Assembly (NCBI GenBank): GCA_963793425.1
Contig: CAWCAG010000009.1
Span: 704,001-768,000, forward strand
DNA length: 64,000 nucleotides
Source: an uncultured cyanobacterium
GTDB taxonomy: Bacteria > Cyanobacteriota > Cyanobacteriia > Cyanobacteriales > CAWCAG01
Direction of reading: 5' to 3'
The notes under the pieces are model-generated. The model had not been told where the DNA came from. It ran no database searches and saw only the letters and a list, made by a program, of their open reading frames with translations. Shown here piece by piece: positions 1 through 7,300 of this stretch. The position numbers and the translations under genes are program-made. Numbering within the stretch: position 1 is the first letter of the stretch; every line of letters starts with the position of its first letter.

Positions 1-36
1 ATGCCTTCAAAGCCAGTGCAAATCTGGTCGCCTGCT
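1..36 (+). tRNA. 3' end of a tRNA or tRNA-like RNA truncated by the window edge (identity unknown)
   Basis: T-arm-like GCCAG-TGCAAAT-CTGGT (12-28), then a 7-nt acceptor-like strand CGCCTGC and T. The 5' half lies outside the window. Confidence 0.55.
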
Positions 37-97
37 TTTATATGTTCTAATTAAGGAGGAGAGATTATGTTAGAAAATAAACCAGTTTGAAACTACC

Positions 98-616
98 ATG
101 AAACCTAAAATAAATATCTTGCAGACAAGTATTACCACCCTTAAAATCGATGCTATCGTTAATGCAGCAAATAGTTCTTTATTAGGGGGAGGCGGTGTTG
201 ATGGAGCAATTCATCGAGCCGCAGGACAGGAATTAGTGCAAGAATGTCGTTTGTTGGGTGGGTGCAAAACGGGGCAAGCTAAAATTACTAAAGGTTATCA
301 ACTACCAGCCAAATACGTTATTCATACAGTAGGCCCAGTTTGGCAAGGTGGCAAGAATGGTGAAGCAAAGTTATTAGCTTCTTGCTATGATTCTTGTTTT
401 CAGTTAGCTAAAAAACATCAACTTAAAACTATAGCTTTTCCGGCTATTAGCTGTGGAGTTTATGGCTATCCTATTGAGCAAGCAATTCCTATTGCTTTTC
501 AAGCTACTTTAAACTTTTTATCTCAAAATGAGAGCTTCAAAGAAGTAATTTTTGCTTGTTTTAGTGATGAGGTTTACTCGTCTTATTTAAAGGTGAAAGA
601 AGAGTTACTAAATTAG
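98..616 (+). CDS. Macro-domain protein (YmdB-like O-acetyl-ADP-ribose deacetylase / ADP-ribosylhydrolase)
   Basis: [31 protein letters not shown] and [12 protein letters not shown] macro motifs. Confidence 0.95.
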   Translation: MKPKINILQTSITTLKIDAIVNAANSSLLGGGGVDGAIHRAAGQELVQECRLLGGCKTGQAKITKGYQLPAKYVIHTVGPVWQGGKNGEAKLLASCYDSCFQLAKKHQLKTIAFPAISCGVYGYPIEQAIPIAFQATLNFLSQNESFKEVIFACFSDEVYSSYLKVKEELLN

Positions 617-717
617 TTTGACGATCACTTTTGTTAACGGAGTTAAATAATACCTAGCATAGATTAAATAACTGCGAAATTGTGTCATATTTAAGGTGAA
701 GTAATCTAAGGTAAATC

Positions 718-1161
718 ATGTTAGAAGTTTCTGAGCATCCAATGGGTAAGATCATCACCAAGTTAACCATAATCAATCGTGCCGATCAAAATGTGGCAGC
801 ACGAGGATATATTCCGACAGATGAAGTGCGCTCTGTCACCCTAGATAACGTTTTGGTAGATACAGGAGCAACAACTCTTTGTTTGCCAGCTAATACTATC
901 GCTAAACTTGGTTTAGATATCCTCAAAGAAGTTGATGTAGAAACAGCTAATGGCATTGGTAAAGCAAGAATTTTTCAGGATGCAAAAATCTCTTTATTAG
1001 GTAGAGAAGGTACGTTTGAATGTTTAGAATTGCCTGGTGGTACTAACCCTTTGTTAGGAGTTATCCCTTTAGAAGCTTTAGGCCTTGAATTAGATTTACA
1101 AAATCAAAAGTTAGTTACTTTGCCGATTAATCCCACCAAAACTTACCTAACAATTCTTTAG
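718..1161 (+). CDS. Clan AA (retropepsin-like) aspartic protease
   Basis: LVDTGAT catalytic motif, ETANG flap and LLG motif; 147 aa. Confidence 0.85.
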   Translation: MLEVSEHPMGKIITKLTIINRADQNVAARGYIPTDEVRSVTLDNVLVDTGATTLCLPANTIAKLGLDILKEVDVETANGIGKARIFQDAKISLLGREGTFECLELPGGTNPLLGVIPLEALGLELDLQNQKLVTLPINPTKTYLTIL

Positions 1162-1195
1162 TAATTTTTAGGTATTAATCAAAACAAAAAATCTT

Positions 1196-1266
1196 GCGGA
1201 TATAGTGTAAAGGTAGCATCTGAGCTTTCCAAGCTTTAGGTACGAGTTCAAATCTCGTTATCCGCT
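1196..1266 (+). tRNA. trnG: tRNA-Gly(TCC), no encoded CCA
   Basis: Acceptor GCGGATA/TATCCGC; anticodon loop TT-TCC-AA; T-arm ACGAG-TTCAAAT-CTCGT. Confidence 0.92.
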
Positions 1267-1294
1267 TGCCTAGTTTGCCAAAAACTAGCAACAA

Positions 1295-1367
1295 ACCCCT
1301 ATAGCTCAGCGCAGAGAGCAGCGCCTTTCTAAGGCGAGAGTCCTAGGTTGGAATCCTAGTGAGGGTG
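1295..1367 (+). tRNA. trnR: tRNA-Arg(TCT), atypical, no encoded CCA
   Basis: Acceptor ACCCCTA/TGAGGGT (one mismatch); D-stem GCTC/GAGC; loop TT-TCT-AA; T-arm CTAGG-TTGGAAT-CCTAG. Confidence 0.85.
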
Positions 1368-1427
1368 TTTAAATGTAGTAAAATAAAGGAGGTTATTTTC
1401 TGTTGCAACTAATTAAACACCGCATCT

Positions 1428-1672
1428 GCAATACAATCGCATTATCTAGCGTGACCTAATCATGAGAGCATACATACCGAGTACGAGAGGAATAAGTACC
1501 TCTGCCCTAGTTGCAGAGGGCGTGAAACATTGTTGGTACAAAGAACCCGGCAGGTTGGCTTAGAAGCAGCCATCCTTTAAAGAGTGCGTAATAGCTCATC
1601 GGCGGAGTGCCTTCTGATGTGATGAACGCTAAAAAGCTCTGATAACTTGCACGCCAAGAGCGATTGTATTGC
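1428..1672 (+). ncRNA. Putative ribosome-mimic ncRNA: sarcin-ricin loop plus 23S H42-H44 (uL10/uL11-binding GTPase-associated centre)
   Basis: Perfect 13-bp terminal helix GCAATACAATCGC (1428-1440) / GCGATTGTATTGC (1660-1672). AGTACGAGAGGA at 1480-1491 is identical to the SRL of the 23S in this window (62912-62923, minus strand). GTTGGCTTAGAAGCAGCCATCCTTTAAAGAGTGCGTAATAGCTCA at 1554-1598. Confidence 0.85.
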
Positions 1673-1802
1673 CATAAAAAAAATACCTTGCACAACAAAG
1701 CTATTCTACTTTGAATAAAGTTTGCTCATTCAGATTTGCAGCAAACTCTAGTACCTCTAGCAATGTTTAATGTTTAATGTTCAATGATTTAGGGAGTTAA
1801 CC

Positions 1803-3092
1803 ATGCCTGTAATTGTGATGGAAGTTAAGAGTGCAGAGAAACATCCTCATGCTGATACTTTGCAGCTCTATACTATGGTTGCTCCGGGTTATGAACAGGT
1901 ACAAATTGTTGCTAATCTGGAAAATATTTATCAAGTTGGTGATGTTGTGGCTGTTGCTTTAGTTGATTCTGTGCTTAAAGATGGGACGAAAATCAAACCT
2001 GTTAAGCTTAGAGGTATTTACTCTTTTGGTATGGCTTTAGGAAAAGTAGAAGCTGCAATTGCGAGGAATCTATCCCAAACCTATTGCCAAAAGGAGATAG
2101 TAGATAATGTACAGCTACAAAAATGGCCGAGTATTGAACTTTTAGCTAATGTACGTCGGAGTTTAGAAATTCTGGAGAAAACACCATCTGTTACTTATCG
2201 TAGCAAAGTCAAGCTAGATGGGACAAATGGTGGAGTGCAGATTTTTGCGAATGGTAAGGTTGCGGCTCAAAGTAGAACACAAATTATCACTCCAGAAAGT
2301 GATAATGCTGGGTTTGCTGCTTGGGTAAACCAGAACATTGACTATTTTGCAAACTTGGCTACCTCACAACATTTAACCTTGTTTGGTGAATGGTGCGGTA
2401 AAGGTATTCAAAAGCGTACAGCTATTGCTCAAATTGAACGTAAAGTTTTTGCTATCTTTGCGGTGCAATATGGAGGCATAGGTAGTCAGGTTGCTAAGTT
2501 AGCAGTTAATCCGGCTTCTATCCGTGCTTTGCTACCAGAACATTCTGACATTTTTGTCTTACCATTCTGGGGAGAAGCAATTACCTTGGATTTCGGGAAT
2601 GCAGCACAATTAGCACAAGCTGCTGAGAAGTTCAATTCTCTGGTTGAGGATGTTGAAGCAGTAGATCCTTGGGTTGAAGAGACTTTTGGCATCAAAGGCA
2701 TTGGTGAAGGATTGGTGATGTATCCGCAGAGTGATACCTTGGTAGATAGGCTAGAATATAGCCAATTGTTGTTTAAAGCTAAGGGTGATAAGCATCAGGT
2801 TGTCAAAACCAAAAAGCCTGTGCAAATTGCTCCTGAAGTGGCCAAGGGTGTTGATGAATTTGTCGAAATGTTCATTACGCCAGCACGTTTGGAACAAGCT
2901 ACAACGGAGGCTTGCCAAGGAGGGTTTGTGATGCAGAAAATTGGTGCATTTCTGAAATGGGTTAATACCGATGTTCAAAAAGAAAGTGTGGCTGAATTAG
3001 AAGCCGCAAACTTAACTTGGAAGCAGGTTAATAAAGGGGTGACTAAGGCAGCAAAAGTATGGTATCAGGGGAAGGTAATGGGTAATAGGTAA
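1803..3092 (+). CDS. RNA ligase (Rnl2/Rnl5-like nucleotidyltransferase) with N-terminal tRNA-binding OB-fold
   Basis: N-terminal HPHADTL..KLRGIYSFGM OB motif; ligase motifs KLDGTN (I), FGEW (III), EGLV (IV), FKAK (V). Confidence 0.88.
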   Translation: MPVIVMEVKSAEKHPHADTLQLYTMVAPGYEQVQIVANLENIYQVGDVVAVALVDSVLKDGTKIKPVKLRGIYSFGMALGKVEAAIARNLSQTYCQKEIVDNVQLQKWPSIELLANVRRSLEILEKTPSVTYRSKVKLDGTNGGVQIFANGKVAAQSRTQIITPESDNAGFAAWVNQNIDYFANLATSQHLTLFGEWCGKGIQKRTAIAQIERKVFAIFAVQYGGIGSQVAKLAVNPASIRALLPEHSDIFVLPFWGEAITLDFGNAAQLAQAAEKFNSLVEDVEAVDPWVEETFGIKGIGEGLVMYPQSDTLVDRLEYSQLLFKAKGDKHQVVKTKKPVQIAPEVAKGVDEFVEMFITPARLEQATTEACQGGFVMQKIGAFLKWVNTDVQKESVAELEAANLTWKQVNKGVTKAAKVWYQGKVMGNR

Positions 3093-3105
3093 TAGGTAAT
3101 AGGTA
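3074..3105 (+). repeat. Heptamer tandem repeat (GGTAATA)n, STRR-type
   Basis: ggtaatg ggtaata ggtaata ggtaata ggta, spanning the ligase stop codon. Confidence 0.85.
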
Positions 3106-3229
3106 TGATCTCAAATCTGGTTCATAAAGTGCCTTGATAAAATCATGGCATCAAGTTTTCAAACCCTGCTCCCTACTCCCTACTCCCCACCCTAACCGAT
3201 AACCTTTGCAACCAAACCCAGGACTTAAT

Positions 3230-3685
3230 ATGACTATCTACTTCTATGGCCCTCGTGTCAAACCCTATGGTTGTTTTTCCAACTTTTCTCGTCATGGTTT
3301 TGAGTTAGACGGTGCTTGGTGGGCTACTAGTGAGCATTATTTTCAAGCACAAAAATTTATCAATACTGATGCAGAATGGGCTGAAAAAATTCGTGGGGCT
3401 AAAAGTCCTAAAGAAGCTGCTAAAATGGGACGCGATCGCAATTATCCTTTACGCAGTGATTGGGAAAAAGTTAAGGATGGCATTATGCAACGCGCTGTGT
3501 TGCAGAAGTTTTCTACCCACAATGATCTCCGTGAGATTCTTATTAATACAGGGGATGAGTTAATTGTGGAAAATGCTCCCGGAGATTACTACTGGGGTTG
3601 TGGCAAAGATGGCAGCGGCAAGAATAAGTTAGGAGAAATTCTCATGGCAGTACGAGAAACTTTGCAGAAGAATCAAGAGTCGTAA
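3230..3685 (+). CDS. NADAR (YbiA-like) family protein
   Basis: FSNF, SEHYFQAQKF, LVENAPGDYYWGCG and GKNKLGEILM motifs; ATG at 3230 preferred over TTG at 3206. Confidence 0.93.
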   Translation: MTIYFYGPRVKPYGCFSNFSRHGFELDGAWWATSEHYFQAQKFINTDAEWAEKIRGAKSPKEAAKMGRDRNYPLRSDWEKVKDGIMQRAVLQKFSTHNDLREILINTGDELIVENAPGDYYWGCGKDGSGKNKLGEILMAVRETLQKNQES

Positions 3686-3736
3686 AGGTAATCGGGAAGA
3701 GTTGATAGTAACATCTTCCCAACTTCCAATAATTAA

Positions 3737-3996
3737 GGGGAGGTTGTCTAAAAGGCAAGACACCGTAGAAAAGTTTTAAAACGGTTCCCACAAGGACAAT
3801 CGGGTTTTCCTTAGTAAGGTCAAAAGTTGCATCGCGACATTCCCTGAATGGGCAAACGGGTAACAGGTTGCAGAGGCACTGAAAGGAATTAATAGTCCGA
3901 AATGGGGGTGGTTCCCATTTGCTGTAAAGGTAGTAAGGAAGCACTTTTCCTGAAAGTTACCGTCGGTTGATGCGGGTTCAAATCCCGTCCTCTCCA
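3737..3996 (+). ncRNA. tRNA-Ala-like RNA with about 200 nt of structured sequence in place of the anticodon arm
   Basis: Acceptor GGGGAGG/CCTCTCC with G3.U70 and discriminator A; D-arm GTCT-AAAAGGCA-AGAC; T-arm GCGGG-TTCAAAT-CCCGT; no anticodon loop; internal long-range helices. Confidence 0.75.
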
Positions 3997-4041
3997 TTTT
4001 TAAAATCGGGAGTTTTGGAGTGTTGCAAAGAGGAAAATTAA

Positions 4042-4140
4042 GGGAATGTAGCTCAATTTGGCAGAGCAACCGACTTTTAATCGGTTGGTTGTGGGTAACT
4101 CCTAACGGAGACGCTACGCGAACAAGTCCCACCATTCCCA
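4042..4140 (+). tRNA. trnK: tRNA-Lys(TTT) with a 26-nt insertion in the T-loop (possible pseudogene)
   Basis: Acceptor GGGAATG/CATTCCC; anticodon arm ACCGA-CTTTTAA-TCGGT; T-stem GTGGG/CCCAC interrupted at 4097-4122. Confidence 0.88.
4097..4122 (+). mobile_element. Small dispersed repeat (SDR-like) insertion
   Basis: AACTCCTAACGGAGACGCTACGCGAA forms two mini-hairpins; a related copy lies at 33100-33123. Confidence 0.7.
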
Positions 4141-4188
4141 CTTTTTCATAAAGGGGAGAAAACTATTAAACATTGGCAAAAACAACAT

Positions 4189-4253
4189 TTCGTATTCTTG
4201 CTCGGAACGAGGCAATGCGTTGCAGAAAAGTCATTGCTAAGGAAGAATGCGAA
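4189..4253 (+). ncRNA. Putative three-way-junction structured RNA
   Basis: 11-bp closing helix TTCGTATTCTT/AAGAATGCGAA encloses hairpins CTCG/CGAG and GCAATG/CATTGC. Confidence 0.45.
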
Positions 4254-4314
4254 GGCGCGAGGCAGAATGTAGTCTGAGGTGAGACTATGATTTTGCTTTC
4301 GCGCCCTTTTTTTT
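4254..4314 (+). terminator. Long hairpin plus T8 tract, likely terminator of the tRNA/RNA-repair island
   Basis: GGCGCGAGGCAGAAT..TAGTCT / AGACTA..ATTTTGCTTTCGCGCC followed by C and TTTTTTTT. Confidence 0.75.
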
Positions 4315-4351
4315 GTTAACTTTCACAGTAAAACTAAGCACTGGTTTAGTT

Positions 4352-7300
4352 TTACCAAGGACTCCCAATCATAGTAAAAGCACTCCAATAATAAGGATGA
4401 TTCAAATTTTCATCCCCTAATGCAGCTAAATTTTCTGGTAAGGGAATTTCAATTTCTGGAGTAATCAGCTTGCCGTCTTGCAACTTAACTTCCCCTCTAA
4501 TCATCGCTAGTTGCGCTTGGCGCAGGGCTTCTGCTTTAATGGGGGCTACCTTGAGTTGCTCGTAGAGTGTAGCCATAAACCCTAAAGTACCTTCATCGCT
4601 TACTGTCCATAAGCTTCCCAGGGCTGATTTAACTCCGGCTTGGTTAGCTAACCCAGCAAAGCCTAATTCTGATTCCACACTGCCCACAGCAGTACGACAA
4701 GCACTTAATACCATCAACTCTACCGCAGGCTTATTTAAACCTAGTTGCCGCAATTGATCTAAACTAATTTTCTGGTCCCAAAATTGAATGTATGAATTAC
4801 TGGGTTTACCAGCATTAAATTCAGCATGGGTAGCGAGATGAACGATACCAAAAGGTTTATTAGCACGTTCTGATTTAAGATTTCCCGGAGTGAATTTGTC
4901 CCCCAGCAAAGATTTACCCGGCCATAAATTGTTAGCAATTGTCTTTATTTCTATAGGTACAGCAGGTAAATCTGGTAATTCAGCAAATGTCTCGGTTCCC
5001 ATGGCTAAGACTTCCATGTTTTTAACATCAACATAGCGAGTGTCAGTCAGAGAGAGACTCGGCATCAAACCTAAGCTATATTTTTCCAGGACAAACTGTT
5101 CACCATCGTGAAGCGCGGCAATGGGGATAGAACGTATCCCAGTATCTAGTATAAAAGCGAGGTTATTAATACCTTGTGCCTGCAACTCCTCTTCTAAGGG
5201 GGCAAGCAGCCATTGATATAGTTGTTGGGACGGGACTAGGTAAGCATTGGGACGGGAAGGATTAGTGATGGTGCGGCGAAAGGTTTTAGCAACTTGTTGT
5301 ACCTTGGCACGAGTTATGCCTCGTATCGGTTTGCGGAGGATTTTTCCTTCGGCGGTTAAGAGAACAAGTTCCAATTGATCATCTTCTTGGGGAGGAAATT
5401 TTAAGTTGTTAGACTTGCTTTGTTGTTTGTCCCCCTTATTTTCTGAAGGTGCAGCTAATTCGGCCGGGAAAAAGGCAGCGTAAATAAGGGCTGGTTTGAC
5501 TCCTGTTTCTCTGTTGATGCTGCGTAAGATATCTTTAGCTTCATCTAAACTAGTAATTTCGTTATCATCTTCTTCACCAAAGTAATTTTCAAAATCCTCA
5601 GTAAATTTCTCCTCTAATTGCTGAATGATGGGGTCAATTTGCAATTGGGGAACGGGTTGGTCAAAATTAACTTTTGGCAGAGGAGTTTCTTCGGGAAGAA
5701 TATCATCTGGAACAGGATCATCTACGGCTATGGTTGCTACATCAATGCTTACTGGTTGCTGAGTCGAAGAGACACCATCGCTAACACTGATGGTAAAACC
5801 ATTTACACTGCCTGTAGTTCCTGCTGGGGGTGTGTAAACTAAAGTATCTCCAGAAGAAATAACCGTTCCTGCTGTTGCCGTTACGCCGTTAACTGTGAGG
5901 ATGCCTGCATCAATTGATACGATAGTGATGGAGGTGAGGTTATCACTGTTCACATCCCCAGTAATTGGGTTTAAATCAGCAAAGGTGAAGGTAAAAGGTT
6001 GGTCTTGTAGCGCCCCGGTTAAGGAGTTTGCTGTTAGGGTAGGGGGTGTGTTGATGGAGGTGATAGTAATATCTGTTGGTGTCCCGGAAGCAACACCACC
6101 ATTAGGAAGGACAGGGAAAGTAGCCAGTATCAAGGAGGCTAGTACCTGTGTTAATATCTCCTGCTAAACCATTAGTACTAGCATCGCCAATGCTGAAAGG
6201 ATTGTTGTCAGTACCGCCATCATGGGTGATGCTAACATTGCCCCCTTGAATATTACTAATATCACCTGCTGCGGTTGTTGCCTCAGTATCAATAGTATTA
6301 CCAGCAAGAAGCCCTCTTACAGTGCCATTATTAGCTGTGATAGTTACTTGGCCTCCCCTCGCTGTGTTAGTGTCAAAGCCTCTACCGTAAGCTGTTGTAT
6401 CTATGCTATCGAAGATTATATTGCTGCCCGATGTTGTACCAGATGTTAAGCTGACATCACCCCCAGTTGCTAAAGTAGGACTATTTCCTCCATTGGTAGA
6501 GGCAGAGGTATTGATAATATTGGTCGTGATTGTTGTCCCTGCTGTTAAAGCAACATTACCCCCAGTTGCTCGATCATCTGCATAAGCGAAAGGTTTCTGT
6601 TATTGGCATAAGAGTTAATGTTTCCTGTGGAAATACTACCTCCGGCATTCAAAGTAACATTACCACCAAAACTCATATCGTCAGCAGGATATTCGATATC
6701 GGCGTAGGAGTTAATGTTTCCTGTGACAATGCTACCTGTTGTGCTACTAATGTTAATATCTCCGCCACTATTGATTAATCCAAAATCATCGGTATTAAAA
6801 GTATTAACTGCTCCAGTTTGCACATCACCAGTTGCTTCTATAATTAAAGGGCCACCGTAATGGGTAAAGCCATCAAAACCGACATCAATATCCCCTACAT
6901 TGATACTTCCAGTGGTAGGAGTCCCGGAACCATTAAAAGTAGTTCCTCCTGTAGTTTGGGGTGTATTAGCTGTATTATCTAAGCTAGTTTTTCCTGCTTG
7001 CAAAACTAACCCACCGTTACCTGTAGTTAAGATGGTAAAGTGAGGATCGCTTGTCGGTATAGCACCGGGAGTATCTGCTCCGTTGATAATAATGTTGCCA
7101 CCGTTAATACTGCCCAGAGTTTCTACTTTTAGAGAAACCCCTGTATAATTACCAAAGGTAACATCCCCTGTAGAACTAATGATGGGGTCATAAAAACTAA
7201 CAAAGTTGCCTCCATCTCCTTGTAAGTTAAGGATGGAAAACTTACCGCCACTGAGATAGTGGGCATCCCCAGAAATAAAGCCGTCACTAACTAAACTTAA

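Noticed and set aside
1428..1672. Interpretation as a 23S rRNA fragment or pseudogene
   Set aside because: The two rRNA modules are in reversed order and only about 55 nt apart. They are joined by non-rRNA helices, enclosed by their own perfect stem, and show compensatory changes.
1507..1698. 63-aa minus-strand ORF
   Set aside because: Antisense shadow of the structured RNA, like the spurious ORFs seen over rRNA.
1761..1787. Tandem heptamers here and at 3074, 3171 and 9441 as a possible CRISPR array
   Set aside because: Spacer-less 7-mers typical of cyanobacterial STRRs; no repeat-spacer array or cas gene is in the window.
3763..3966. Group I intron in a tRNA anticodon loop
   Set aside because: ATAGTCC and TGCAGAG resemble core words, but I could not build an ordered P3-P7 core or splice sites that restore a 5-bp stem and 7-nt loop. 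Not fully excluded without cmscan.
3737..3996. Canonical tmRNA (ssrA)
   Set aside because: Too short, has a D-stem, lacks the usual GGTTTCGAC-type 5' motif, and has no tag frame ending in Ala-Ala-stop (GCA AAC GGG TAA stops at once).
3642..4141. Minus-strand ORFs 3642-3944 and 3776-4141
   Set aside because: Antisense to tRNA-like genes; no recognisable motifs.
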